A stretch of DNA of 64,000 bases from a virus (taxonomy: Duplodnaviria; Heunggongvirae; Uroviricota; Caudoviricetes): IMG/VR virus record IMGVR_UViG_3300029485_000297; one strand, given 5' to 3'. The position numbers and the translations under genes were made by a program. Position 1 is the stretch's first letter. Each line of letters opens with the position of its first letter. This document shows, one piece after another, positions 11,506-24,105 of this stretch. The notes under the pieces are model-generated. The model was given only the letters and a program-made list of their open reading frames with translations, ran no database searches and had not been told where the DNA came from.

Positions 11506-13214
11506 AAAAAAGGAGTTGTAATTATGAATGATGAATTTAAAAATGCAGATTTTCTTGATGATGAAGAGAAAATGAGAGATTTTACATATCTTACAAAGGA
11601 AGAATTCTTAAGCGGTTACAGTTATCTTACAGAAGATGAATATAACAACACATATAATAGGTATTATGCAAAACAAATAGCTGATGTATTAAGGAAATTT
11701 GCAGAGAAACCACAAAATATAGACAATTTTGAGAACTATCTTGAAAATTGTTTTACTGGTTGGAAAGAAAAATTTGCAAATACACCTGAAAAGATGATTG
11801 AAGATATGAAGCATTTTGCGGAAATGGAGATATAAACATGTTGAAGTTAAGAGAATGGAACGAAGTATTAGATTATGCAGATCAGATTGAAAAAGAACTT
11901 ACATCTAAAGGATATAATGTAAGACTACATGAATATTCAATGTATGATGGAAGAAAAGGAATTTACCTTACTTTATATGACAATCACAATAAAGCACATC
12001 AACAGTATGCAAGTGGTGTGCATAACAGTGTAAAAGAATATAAAAGATATATTGACTATTATAAGAGAAAACTTATAGAAGAATGTTAGAAATGGAGCGA
12101 TGATATATGTACAAATGTGGAAATTATGTAAAGCCTGAAATAGACGATTGCAGCTACAAAGATGATAGATGTTGTTATTATTGTGATAAAAAATGGGATT
12201 GTAAAGCAAAAGCAAAATGTGAATTTGATTGTTGGAATGATGACAAGGATAACAAAGATGATGTAAATGCTTATTGGGAAGACGATAAGGAGTGATTTAT
12301 TATGGCAAAAACATTAAGAGATTTTTGGAATAAGGCAGATGGAGTTTACGATTTTGTAGATAAGAATGGAGTTTCTATTGATGATATGAATTATCCCTTA
12401 GAAACAGAAGTGTTAAATGAACGGTTGATTGAAGATGAACAGTATGAGATTACATTAAATGTAGAAGTAAAGGAGTGACAAACATGAATTATATTTATTT
12501 TGGAAACAGAATTGAAAGAAGCCCATTGGGGAATATGGGGTTACAGTTATTAGAAGCTCAAGAGAAATTAGTTTCTCAAGAATATGAAGTTGAGAATCTT
12601 AGAATTAAAGCAGCTATGTATAAAGCATATTTCTTTCGTAACTCCATATTAGCAGAAAAATTACAAAAACAAAGTGAAGAAAACAGAGATGCACTTATCG
12701 GAGAGTTTGATGGTTTTCATATGCAAGTTGGAGAGCTAATGCTGTATATAGAACGCTTGAAAATATGTGCGATGAAGGATTATTAACTGAAAAAGAATAT
12801 AGAGAATGCAAAGTATGAAACAAGAGTTTCAATAGAAGAATGGAGGAATAGGATATGAAACCAAGACATTTTCTGATAGCAGAATGAAACAGAAACAGAA
12901 ATTTAGAAATGAAATGAGGATTTACTCGGAAGGGAAATATTATGAAGAATGGAATTTATCACATAAAAGACGATAAAATTTATAAAATGTCATTAGATAA
13001 GCCAGAAGAACAGATAGGCACTGTTGCGAGTATTGAGGATAGAAACAATCTTATAGATGGTTTTGCAAACAATCTCATAAACAAAATTGAATTAAAATAT
13101 TGTAATGGAGATTTAACCAGTCAATATATTGGAATGCAAACTTGTGATTGGATTAGAGAGATTGCAGAAGCAATGAAACGATGATTTCAAAATTAGAATA
13201 ATAAAGAAGGTGAG

Positions 13215-14105
13215 ATGTTGTTATTCAAAAATTACTCTATGGAATGGTTGAAAGTGTTTAAAAGTATGAAATCATATAATACTCAAAGATTATATAAAAA
13301 TATCATAGAAAATCATTTAATTCCAGAAATAGGGAATAAGGAAATGTGTGATATTTCTATAAATGATCTTCAAGAAATTATAAATAAAAGATTGTCAAAT
13401 CCTGCAACATGTAAACATATTGCATTAACTTTGAAACAAATTTTTAGAGTAGCAAAAGAAGAGAAAATCATAGATAAAACAATTTATACTTTTTTACAAA
13501 CACCATTTTATGAAGCGAGCGAAAAAAGATCCTTAACTGAAGACGAGAAAATGTGTATACGTAATATTAAATGCGACAATATGGGTAAAATATTTGTTCA
13601 TATATTGTATTGTTGTGGATTGCGGAAAGGCGAGGCGTTGGCATTAACTAAAAATGATATAGTTAATAACGAAATTATTATAAATAAATCTATACATTTT
13701 ATTAATGGTAAACCAATTATAGGAGAAACAAAAACGCATTCTAGTACAAGAAAAGTTCCTATTCCAGATTTTTTATTAAAAGAGCTTTTATCTTATTGTA
13801 AAAATATAGATAATAAGCTCTTTTATAATTCAGACGGAGAATATCTTAATGATAGTGAATATGTAAAGATGTGGAAAAATATTGTTAAAAGTATTGACAA
13901 TGAAATAGGCGTAGAAACAAAACTTACAGCACATATATTTAGACATAATTATGCAACAGTTTTATATTATTCAGACATATCATTAAAACAAGCAGCTAAG
14001 TTAATGGGACATTCAAATGTAAATATGATTTTAAATGTATATGCTCATTTAGATGCAAAAAATGAAAGAGTTTCAGAAAAGATAAATCAAATTTTTCAAA
14101 TATAA
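13215..14105 (+). CDS. tyrosine site-specific recombinase (phage integrase family, short XerC/D-like)
   Basis: Box I GLRKGEALALTKNDI. Box II HIFRHNYATVLYYSDISLKQAAKLMGHSNVNMILNVYAHL (R..H..R..Y). RBS AAGAAGGTGAG. Confidence 0.8.
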   Translation: MLLFKNYSMEWLKVFKSMKSYNTQRLYKNIIENHLIPEIGNKEMCDISINDLQEIINKRLSNPATCKHIALTLKQIFRVAKEEKIIDKTIYTFLQTPFYEASEKRSLTEDEKMCIRNIKCDNMGKIFVHILYCCGLRKGEALALTKNDIVNNEIIINKSIHFINGKPIIGETKTHSSTRKVPIPDFLLKELLSYCKNIDNKLFYNSDGEYLNDSEYVKMWKNIVKSIDNEIGVETKLTAHIFRHNYATVLYYSDISLKQAAKLMGHSNVNMILNVYAHLDAKNERVSEKINQIFQI

Positions 14106-14673
14106 AAGGAGGAAAACTATGACAATTAAAGATGTAAAAGAAGAATACAAAAATGAATATGTAGAATTAGAAGTATATGAAGCAGTGAGTAATGGAAAAT
14201 ATTATCCTAGTAATTTTCATACGGATAATTGCAGATCATTAGGAGAAGATTCACCATATGGAAACTATACTGAGGATATGGAAGTAGGTCTATATGAGCT
14301 GATGGATGAAGAAGAATACAATAATACTATAATGGCAAATTGTGATATTTATGCAGATTTTGAAGATTGGTATGGTGATAAATATGCAAAAGTATTATGT
14401 GTTATGATTAAGTAAACAATTAGATACTATTAGAAATGGTGGTAAAATTTATGGATAGGAAAGAATATTTATTAAGACAGGTACTAAAGTTATTTAAGCA
14501 ACAAAAAGAAAGTCGTTATGTTTTAAATATTGAATAGATGACTGTTATATACGATGGAACTGAATGTAATGGAAGTTGTCTTTGTGATGATATTATGGAA
14601 GAATTAGGAATTGACAGCTTAGAAGATATTGAGGATGAGAAATAAAGTGTGATATAATATGTAAGAAAGAAGG

Positions 14674-15198
14674 TTGATGAATATGGCAGGATATAGCGGA
14701 TGGTCAATGAGTAACAATGCGGTTGATGCTTATTCAAATGGGGAGAAACCATTAAGTAAATGGACAAAGGCAGATATTTTTGATACAATAGAAGAACAGG
14801 AAATTGAGTTAAAATGCTCAATGGAAAAATTTAAGAAGCTACCTGTGAAAGTTTTAAAAGAAGTTTGTTTGAGGTATTCTTCGTGGCATCATACAAGCAA
14901 TCATTATAATCAGACAGATTTTTATTCTTTGGATATAAGCAGAATAGAAAATTTAACAGATGAAAAAATTGATAGATTACTTGCAGATTACAAGGCAGAG
15001 AAAAAGAATGAAGAAAAGCCTACTGAAGAGAAATGGAGATGTGCTTTTTTAGAATGGTCTGGAACTAGAAAACATCCAGTTGCAAAAGAAATAGTTGAAG
15101 AGGGTATTGTAAAAGGCGATTGGTTCTATCGTAAAAATGGAACTAAAAAGAAAACAACAGCAAATGGGTTTGAATTTATTAAGAAATTGGAGGAATGA
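14674..15198 (+). CDS. hypothetical protein
   Basis: 174-aa ORF after GAAGGTTGATGAAT. Confidence 0.45.
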   Translation: MMNMAGYSGWSMSNNAVDAYSNGEKPLSKWTKADIFDTIEEQEIELKCSMEKFKKLPVKVLKEVCLRYSSWHHTSNHYNQTDFYSLDISRIENLTDEKIDRLLADYKAEKKNEEKPTEEKWRCAFLEWSGTRKHPVAKEIVEEGIVKGDWFYRKNGTKKKTTANGFEFIKKLEE

Positions 15199-15507
15199 TA
15201 ATAATGGCATTTATAAATGAACAAGGAATAAAAATTAGCTTTGAGTGTTCAGATTTAATTAAAGAACTTAAAGAAGATATTACTGAATTTGGTGGTGACA
15301 CAGTTGTTGCTGTTTGGTGTAAGGATAATTCAGGAGTTACATTATATGTAAATTATGATTTTATTAATAAAGATCAGCCAATAACTGAAAAAGAATTAGA
15401 TAAAGATGAATACATACAGAAAATGACAATGAGTGCATTATTAATTTTATTAGAAAAGCAAAATGAAATTTTGTAATTGAAAATAAAATATAATATTAAT
15501 TAAATTG

Positions 15508-15540
15508 AGACGGATAATTATATATTATCTGTCTTTTTTA
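15508..15540 (+). terminator. rho-independent terminator
   Basis: agacggataa / ttatctgtct 10-bp stem (one G-U), 7-nt loop, followed by TTTTTT. Confidence 0.55.
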
Positions 15541-16066
15541 TTGGATTGGAGTGATATTATGAGAAGAGAATTTAAAGTAAATAAAACAAAATGTGCGATA
15601 GTAAATCGCAATACTGGCAATATGGAAATTAACAAATATAATCAGAAATATGAAGTTAGGTGTTTTTCACAAAAATATAATGGTTGGATTAGGTTGTGTA
15701 GTTGTGCAACTATCTCTGAAGGAAGAGAAAAGGCTGTACAAATATTATCATTGGCGATATAATATGTATATAATTATTTTTGGAGGTACAATATGACAAA
15801 ATTGGGGTTATTAGAAGCGTTTCAATATGCTGTCGAAACAGTAAATGTTACAAAATTTGAAGAGGCTTTAATAATATTTTCTGTTGAGTATGGTATTCAG
15901 ATACCAAGGGAGGCGGCAGAGTTAATTAAAGCTCAAGATGATAATTTGTCAAAAGAAAAATTAAAGGAAATTATGCTAAAGATACAAATGCCTATCTATA
16001 ATTATATTAAGACAAATGGCAATGTTAATGAATTAAAGTAATAAATAGAATAATAGAGAATATAGT

Positions 16067-16099
16067 AAGAGACTTGTAAAAAACAAGTCTCTTATTTTT
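16067..16099 (+). terminator. rho-independent terminator
   Basis: aagagacttgt / acaagtctctt perfect stem, aaaaa loop, tattttt tail. Confidence 0.6.
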
Positions 16100-16532
16100 A
16101 TGGAAAGGAACAGTGATTACTATGTTTGACTATAAAGAATTTAAGAAGGAAATGTCTAAAAGAGGACATGAAGTACATAAACATGGAGATTATATAACTA
16201 TTGAACCCAATAATAATTATGAAGGATATAATAAAGGATTTTTATATGCATCAGATATCATTAAAGGATTTGAGCATGAATTAAGACTCATTTATATGCA
16301 TCATTTTAACACTTGGATATATAGTGCAAGATTTAAAATTGTATGATAGAATTAATACAGTAACTGTGGAAACGGAATTTAAAAAACGGAGGTAATTGTT
16401 ATGATAGAATTAATTAGTGTAATTATAGCTTGGATTGTTGTATTTACAATCCCAAACAGATTTCTAAGTAAATCAGAAGCTAAGAAAAGAGAAGAAAGAT
16501 ATAAAAATATGTAGAAAGGTGGTTGATGTAAA

Positions 16533-17141
16533 ATGTTAGGTGCATTATTAGCGTTAGGAATTTTTGGTGGAGCTGCTGCAAAAGCAGCTTATGATAATTA
16601 TAATATGAAGAAATATTCTACAAGGTATGATGAGAATGGAAATCGTCATTATTTTGATAGGCTTGGTACTGATTATATTAACGGAGAAAAAATTATAAGT
16701 GGTGGTTATACAGATACTAAAGGTATTTATCATAGAACGGAGACAGGTTTAAATAGTAACAAAGTATATACAGACTATGTATGTCCATCTGAACAATTGA
16801 AAGCTGATTATCAAAAGGAAGAAATTCAATGGGCGAAAGATCATAATGTATTAATTGCGAATATTTATCAGCCTCGATTTAAGAAAGCTGTAGCAACAGA
16901 ATTAAGTACAGGTAAAGTGATTGCTTGTATGATGGATTATAAAGTAAATGGTGTAGAACATTACAGAAAATTCTACGTTAAACCAGATGCAAAAGAATAT
17001 GAATACAATAAAACAGCAAAGGGAGATATGGGGATAGAGATTACAAAAGATGAATATTATAAAATGTTCACAGTGCCACCAACCTATTCCTGTCTTCCAA
17101 GTGATTACGATGTTGTAAATGCGTTGTATGCAGATAAATAA
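16533..17141 (+). CDS. membrane-anchored protein
   Basis: N-terminal helix MLGALLALGIFGGAAAKAA. 202 aa. Confidence 0.5.
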   Translation: MLGALLALGIFGGAAAKAAYDNYNMKKYSTRYDENGNRHYFDRLGTDYINGEKIISGGYTDTKGIYHRTETGLNSNKVYTDYVCPSEQLKADYQKEEIQWAKDHNVLIANIYQPRFKKAVATELSTGKVIACMMDYKVNGVEHYRKFYVKPDAKEYEYNKTAKGDMGIEITKDEYYKMFTVPPTYSCLPSDYDVVNALYADK

Positions 17142-17736
17142 TATGAATAAACAAAGAAGAGAAAAGATAGATAAGTTAAAGGGTAGATTGAGTTCTGTGA
17201 AAACGGAACTCAAATCTATTTCTTCTGAAGATACCATTGATAGTATGGAAGAAGCAAGTGAAAAACTTGATGAAGTGATTCAGTTGTAGAGTGATATTGT
17301 GTAAAATGGGAAACAAGCAAATAATAGTTTCATTGGAATTAGGAAAGGAGAATATAAGTATGGGTGCATGGAGTTACGAGGTACTATCTAATGATAGAGC
17401 TTTAGATACAATGTGGGATTTAGTTGACAGTAAAAACTTAAAAGAAGATATTATAAAATTGATTGAGAACGGGGATACAGATGAAAAAGTTCTTGCTTGT
17501 GAAATAGTTGATATTTCAATAAATGGTATAGATGAAGAAATTCTTGGTGGTTTATATGAACACGAAGAATTTTTAGAAAAAATTCAGAATGATCCAATGA
17601 CAGACCTGAGATTAAAGGCTTTTGAAACAATCAGATATGTTCAGAAACATGATGGTGGCTGGATTGATAAAGTAAAAGAACAAAGGGTAGATTTATTGAG
17701 AAAAATTGAGAATCGGTTAATTAGCGATTAGATTGG

Positions 17737-18162
17737 ATGGTGATACACATGAAATACGGAGATATTGTTGTATATAAAAATCAGATTGGAACAGTAGTAA
17801 AAAGCGAAAATGATTTTAAGTTCCATCCATGTAATTATGGAAGTTGTTATTTTAGCGAGTTAGATACAGTTACTGACAGTGATGTAAGAGAAGTAACACA
17901 CAATGAAAAATTGGAACTGATAGAAAAAGAATTTATATGGGGCAATGTGATTAAAATACATTGCATTGGAGAATATCAGATTGTAGAGTATATTAATAAA
18001 AAAGATAAGAAAACATATTATCATGGATACATTAACTACAGTGATACGAACCATTCATATTTATCTCTTGATTCTGCATTAATTGGATGTATTGGATATA
18101 AACATGAGGGTGGAAATGGTAGAGCTGCAATGTATTTTGAGAAAATGATTGGGCTGGAATAG
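17737..18162 (+). CDS. hypothetical protein
   Basis: 141-aa ORF after GATTGGATGGTGATACAC. Confidence 0.45.
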   Translation: MVIHMKYGDIVVYKNQIGTVVKSENDFKFHPCNYGSCYFSELDTVTDSDVREVTHNEKLELIEKEFIWGNVIKIHCIGEYQIVEYINKKDKKTYYHGYINYSDTNHSYLSLDSALIGCIGYKHEGGNGRAAMYFEKMIGLE

Positions 18163-18433
18163 GCACAGGAAACCAAGTTTTCTTGTGAAATGGAAAGGAG
18201 AATAGTAGTGTATGAAAATAAAAGATTTTCTTGAAAATTTTAATGGAGATAATCATATTAAAATTTACGATAGTTATGATTTTAGTACACATAGATATAA
18301 TCATGTACAGGAAGCAATTTCTTCCTATGGATATTTCACAGTTAAGAGCTGGGATATTATAGATGGTGTATTAAAGATAACAATTCGGTCGCAGTTTTAA
18401 CACTAAGAAATCTAAGTTTACTATGGAAGGAGA

Positions 18434-19138
18434 ATGGAATATATGGAAAATGAATATAAAGTAGAAAAGACAAAATTTGGAACAAAAACAAGTCATCCTA
18501 GTTATGGTACTTTGTTATTTAACAGAGCTTATGGTGGAAAGACACCATTATTCGGAAGCAGCATTGAACATAGTAATGTAATTACAATGGAACTTAGACA
18601 TGCTGATATCACAAGAGGATTAAATCGTGACGATATTTTTGGCGATAAGCCTATTGTAAAAGTTGAAATGAGTTATTCACAATTTGCTGAGGCAATTACA
18701 TCTTTTGGACAAGGAACAGGAATTCCAGTAACAATTTGCTATACTGAAAAAGATGGGAAAATACCTCCGTGTGATTTTGTTAGCAAGAGAGAACAATTTA
18801 CAGGAGAATTTAAAGAGCAGACTGATAAGGCAATGGAAAAGTCAAAAGAATTAATAAATGAAGTTGCAGAATTGTTTTCTTCAAAAAAGACACTTACAAA
18901 GGCAGATAAAGAAAATATTTTAAAAAAGCTCAACATGTTAAATTACGATATTGGAAGCAATATTGGATTTATTGTAGACCAGTTTAATAAACAGATGGAT
19001 AAAACGGTTATGGAAGCAAAGGGAGAAATTGAGTCATTCTGTCAGAACAAAATCAATGCAATTGCTAATGCGTCATTGGTAGAACATAGAGAAGAGTTTC
19101 TAAAATTGGAAAATCCAGTTGATATTGAATCAGAATAA
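18434..19138 (+). CDS. hypothetical protein
   Basis: 234-aa ORF after GGAAGGAGAATGG. Confidence 0.5.
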   Translation: MEYMENEYKVEKTKFGTKTSHPSYGTLLFNRAYGGKTPLFGSSIEHSNVITMELRHADITRGLNRDDIFGDKPIVKVEMSYSQFAEAITSFGQGTGIPVTICYTEKDGKIPPCDFVSKREQFTGEFKEQTDKAMEKSKELINEVAELFSSKKTLTKADKENILKKLNMLNYDIGSNIGFIVDQFNKQMDKTVMEAKGEIESFCQNKINAIANASLVEHREEFLKLENPVDIESE

Positions 19139-19181
19139 GGTAAAGAAATTTAACTTTCCTTTGATGATTGGAGGTAGAAAA

Positions 19182-19628
19182 ATGGAAAATAAAAATTTAG
19201 ATAGTTATGGATATTTATTAAATTGTCCAGATGAAATGCTTGGCGATGTGAATAAAACGATGAACGATAAACGAGCCATTATAAATTGGAATAATTTTAA
19301 TGTAGGTGATGCTTTTTACACAGAAAATATTTACAGATGTGTAATGGTAGATCACGTAATGAAAAGAATTGTGTTTGTAACTGAAGAGGAATATAAAAAT
19401 GAGTTTGAATTAAGATATAATAACAATAAACATAAAAAGCCAGATATGAGAGAAAAGATAAGAGAATATATTAATGAGCTTGATACAGAAATTAATAGGT
19501 GTGAAAATGAATTGCAAAAATATTATAAGAGTAATAGAGATATAGGTGTTATAAGTATGCAAAATAGAATTCAAGTTTTAATCGAAGTAAAGAATGATTT
19601 ACTTGGAAGAATGGAAGAGGTGGTATAG
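19182..19628 (+). CDS. hypothetical protein
   Basis: ATG 19182 after GATTGGAGGTAGAAAA. Confidence 0.45.
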   Translation: MENKNLDSYGYLLNCPDEMLGDVNKTMNDKRAIINWNNFNVGDAFYTENIYRCVMVDHVMKRIVFVTEEEYKNEFELRYNNNKHKKPDMREKIREYINELDTEINRCENELQKYYKSNRDIGVISMQNRIQVLIEVKNDLLGRMEEVV

Positions 19629-21771
19629 TGAAAGAATTTAGAAGTACTGATGAGATCACAAAAGAAGACCTTGAGAAAATGTATAACGCAATTGCTAAAT
19701 TTGATAATTATATTTCATCAGCAACAAGGAAGCCAACAGATGAAAACATTGGATTATATGAACATTGGATTGATTGCAGGTATGATATAGAGAATTTAAT
19801 TGTAACTGAGAGATAAGAGGTGAAGTAAATGGAAAGACTTGATATTTATAAAACTAATGATGGGAAATCTTTAGTTCTTTTAAACAATGAAAATGATTCG
19901 AATGGATATATAAATTATTTACCAATTACAAATAATGCAAAAAATGGTATGAGTGTTAATACAAAATCTGGCAATCCTGTTATTATAGATATAGACAATG
20001 TATCTATAATTAAGTTGAACGAGTTAGAGTCGTGTATTGATCATGTAATAGAAAGTGATTTTGATTTTAAAATTAAGTGGTATATTGATGGTAGGCAAAG
20101 AGAAGAGGTAAAAGATTGAGGTGAGTAAAATGAAAGACAAACCAAATAAAATAAAGGCAAGATTAACAGTAGAAGTCGAAGCTGAATTTTATGATGACGA
20201 AAGTAGTGAAGAAACTGTTAGATATTGTGTTGAACAGGATTTAGAAGATGCAGGATTAAATGTTATTGATGTGTCTGTGATGGAATGAGGTGATACAAAT
20301 GGAATTTAAGAAAGGTGATAGAGTATTTCATAAGGGCTTAAGGGTTATAGGAACTTTTATGGAATATTCATGGAATAGTGATGAAGAAGCTATTGTGAAA
20401 TTTGATAATGCTGACAATCCTGATGATTGCAGACATATATCTGTAAATCAATTACAGAAATATCCAAGTAACGAATAAATTGGTAAAAAATTGCGAGGTA
20501 TAACAGTGGTAAAATATATGGAATGTTCTAAATGTGGTAAGTCATTACTTGAAAATTCAATTATTGTTGTACGAACTGGGTTTACAGATAAATATTGTTC
20601 ATATGGTTGTGCAGCAATTGATAGTGGATTTTTTGAAAATATAAAATTAACTGATGAAATTGTCCAAGAACACAAATCCTGTGATGGAAGAGATTGGCTA
20701 ATAGGAGATTGAGGTGATATAAATGAGCCGAATTAATAAAACGCAAAATAACTTAGATACCGTGTGGAATAATTTGGATCTTGCTTATGAATATATGGAA
20801 AGAGCTACTGAGGATTTATCACAAATGACTGGATTATCTGATGAATTAGAGAAAATGGTTGAGCAGTATGATTTATCGGAAATTAGTATGATAAAGCAGG
20901 AAGTTGAAGAATTGATGAAATGAGGTAATGTAGATGGAAAATAAAAAAACATTAAAATATTTAAATGATATGAAGAATAGTAAAATGCCACCATTTGATA
21001 GTCAATATGAATTTTTCTTTGCTACACTGGAAGATTATTATATTGCAAAATTAAATGGTGCAAAGATAATAAAAGAGGAGCTTATGGAATGGGATTCTGA
21101 AGCACAAAAAGAAATTGTTAATATATTGGCTGATATTATAGAATCTGATGAATTGATTGGCTTTGATAAAAATGATATTTTATCGTTAGCTGATTAAATG
21201 ACGATTTCAAAGTAAAATTAGGAGGCATAAGATGTATTTAGTAAAAATGAACGATGGCGATAAAATAATGGAAACCGCAAATGAAGTTAAAGCTTTAGAT
21301 AAAAATAAAATTGTAAAAATTTATTCACTAACAGAGGTAGACTATAATTCAGTAGTGTCTACATCTGATATAAGGGATTGCATTTATAATTATTTGAAAG
21401 GAGAGCAGATAGAAAAAGATGCCATAGTAGATTACGTATCTGAAACTTTAGATGTAAAAAAGAAAGAAGTTTCCAAAGTGATTACTGCAATGAAAAAGGA
21501 GAAAATCATATATGTAGTAGAGGAATTTGGATGGTTAGGAATAGATTAAGATGATGAATAATTGCTTTCAATAGCAGAACGGAGGATAATAAAAATGGAA
21601 AGACAGTACACTGTAGAAGTGACAATAACGGTTGATGACAAAGATTTGTTTCATGGACAAACAGTTGATGAATTAGTTTTTGGATAGTTTAGAAGAAGCT
21701 CCTTTCCAAGTTGATACTATAGTGGTAAAATAAAGACAGTTGAAGATTGTTTTCAAGAGGAAAGTAATTAT

Positions 21772-22386
21772 ATGGAAATAAATATAGGTGATAAATTTGG
21801 TAATTGGACTGTACTAGCTTTGTCAGATAAAACGGATTCGTCACACAATAAGTATTACACATGTCAATGTGTGTGTGGGACAATTAGAGCAATTAACAAA
21901 GGAAAATTAATTTCAGGAAAGTCTAAGTCTTGTGGTTGTAAAAGAAAATTAGATATGACTAGGAAAATCGTAAAAGATTTATTGTTTTTAGAGCCTTTTG
22001 GCTATGAAAATGGAAAAGTTATATGGAAATGTAAATGTCTAAAATGTGGAAGAATGTGCTACAGAACGGTATCTGAGGCAAAAAAGGTTGGTACTTGTGG
22101 AAATCATAGAGATGGGAAAACATTAAATGAAAATAGAAAAAAGCGTACACAGGTCGATGGAACGATTGTACAAACTTTAACTCAAAAAGTTTCAAAAAAT
22201 AATACTTCAGGTATAAAAGGAGTTTCTTTTGACAAAACCAGAAAATTGTGGGTTGCTCAAATTGGATTTCAAGGAAAGAATTATAGTCTCGGTAAATTTA
22301 AAAAAATTGAAGATGCAGAAAAAGCTAGAAAAGATGCAGAAGATAGATTTTTTAAACCGATTATAGATAAGTATAAAAAAGACTGA
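21772..22386 (+). CDS. AP2-domain protein, homing-endonuclease-like
   Basis: C-terminal GIKGVSFDKTRKLWVAQIGFQGKNYSLGKFKKIEDAEKARKDAEDRF is an AP2/ERF-type DNA-binding domain. N-terminal GDKFGNWTVL...YTCQCVCG is Cys-rich. Followed by short Zn-ribbon ORFs at 22405-22740. Confidence 0.45.
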   Translation: MEINIGDKFGNWTVLALSDKTDSSHNKYYTCQCVCGTIRAINKGKLISGKSKSCGCKRKLDMTRKIVKDLLFLEPFGYENGKVIWKCKCLKCGRMCYRTVSEAKKVGTCGNHRDGKTLNENRKKRTQVDGTIVQTLTQKVSKNNTSGIKGVSFDKTRKLWVAQIGFQGKNYSLGKFKKIEDAEKARKDAEDRFFKPIIDKYKKD

Positions 22387-22745
22387 TTTGAAAGGAAGGA
22401 AAAATGCCAAGAATTAGAGATTGTGTTATTTGTGGTAAGAGGTTTACAAGTTACCATGGAATAAATGTATGTAGTGAACAATGTAAAATAGAAAAAAGAA
22501 ACGACAAGATGAAAATTCGAATAAAAGAAGATATAGTAAGGAATCGAATACACCAATAATTAAAATCTGTCCTATTTGTGGAGAAAAGTTTGAAACACTT
22601 AGAAGAACATATTGTTCAGAAGAGTGTTCTGAGAAAGCACATAAAATACATGTAAAGGAAATTTCAGATCAATACTATAAAGATCATAGAGAAGAAATAA
22701 TTGGTAAAGTAAAAGAAAGAAAGAGTAATAAATATTAATCATAAG

Positions 22746-22772
22746 GAAGCAGAAATCAACTGCTTCTTTTTT
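22746..22772 (+). terminator. rho-independent terminator
   Basis: gaagcag / ctgcttc stem followed by TTTTTT. Confidence 0.6.
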
Positions 22773-23044
22773 ATTGCAAAAATGAGGTGAATAATGTTTG
22801 AGTAGATATAAGAATGGAAACCCAAAACATGCAAGTCGATTCATATGTTTAAAATGTATGAATGAAAATATGTTAGCCAGTGGAATTCAGAGACAGAGAC
22901 AAAGAGAACGAAAACATATTAAGGATTTGTATTGTTTGAAGTGTGGAGAGGTAACGAAGTGCATCGAAGTAAGATTTTGTGATTCTTATGAAGAAATTTT
23001 TGAGGTTGCAAAGATAAAAAGAGAGAATTATTACATAGACAATT

Positions 23045-24085
23045 ATGAAAGGTAGGTTGATGATAATGTGTTATAAAATAGAAGTGCAGAATAAAAATGC
23101 GGAGAAGCTTAATAAAAAATTAGATGAGTTAAATGCACCACAATTTTTAAGAGATTACTTAAATGAGTTGGAAAGCAAAAACGGAGCGTTAAATTATCTG
23201 GTAGCAATTAAAGATTTTTTACAGTGGTTAATTGAAAATAATATCATTAATAAGAAACTAATTTCTGAAATAGAAGTTTCCGATTTTAATGACCTAAGAC
23301 CACAAAATATTAGTTCATATCTTAGATATAAGGAAACAAATGGAATGTCACCAACCACAACGGAAACAAGAAAAAACATCATTAAAAGTTTTATACAGGA
23401 TATTTATTCATATAGAGAATGTTTGTTGAGAGAACTCTATAACAGTATGAAAGATTTTAATAAACAAATAAAATATAAAGGAATATCTTCTAAAAACAAC
23501 TTAACACAAAAACTTCCAACAGAAAATCAGCTTAATGATATGGAAGAAAAAATAATGTGTAAAAAGGACGAATGTGTAAGGAATAGGAATATTGCTATTT
23601 TTCGTGTGTTAAGAGGAACTGGAATAAGAGAGTCTGAACTTGCTGGCTTGGATTTATCAGATTTGCATTTAGATGAAAATAGTGAATATATTGATCTTAA
23701 TGATATGTCACATATTATGGTTTTACCAAAAGGATACCAAAGAGAAACTGAAAAAAGACCTGTATATCTTACTGGATCTGCTCTGAAAGCATTAAGAGAA
23801 TGGCTAGAGTACAGAAATACATTGAATAATATTGTAGACAAAGAAGCTGTGTTCATAAATAAAAATGGTACACGTACAACAGAGAGAAATATCAAACAGA
23901 TATTTGAGAATTATGGAAATGGTATTACTCCACATATGATGAGACATTATTATGCCAGTGTAATGAATCAGAATGGAAATCTTGCATTTGTACAGCAACA
24001 GTTAGGACATAGTAATGTAAATACAACAGTTAATAATTATGCAAATGGTGCAGTGGGAATGAAAGATGTACTAAATAATATGTGA
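23045..24085 (+). CDS. int: tyrosine integrase (phage integrase family)
   Basis: GIRESELAGLDLSDL box I. HMMRHYYASVMNQNGNLAFVQQQLGHSNVNTTVNNYAN box II. In-frame ATGs at 23045, 23060 and 23066. Confidence 0.8.
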   Translation: MKGRLMIMCYKIEVQNKNAEKLNKKLDELNAPQFLRDYLNELESKNGALNYLVAIKDFLQWLIENNIINKKLISEIEVSDFNDLRPQNISSYLRYKETNGMSPTTTETRKNIIKSFIQDIYSYRECLLRELYNSMKDFNKQIKYKGISSKNNLTQKLPTENQLNDMEEKIMCKKDECVRNRNIAIFRVLRGTGIRESELAGLDLSDLHLDENSEYIDLNDMSHIMVLPKGYQRETEKRPVYLTGSALKALREWLEYRNTLNNIVDKEAVFINKNGTRTTERNIKQIFENYGNGITPHMMRHYYASVMNQNGNLAFVQQQLGHSNVNTTVNNYANGAVGMKDVLNNM

Positions 24086-24105
24086 TATGTAAAGGACAAT
24101 ACAGA

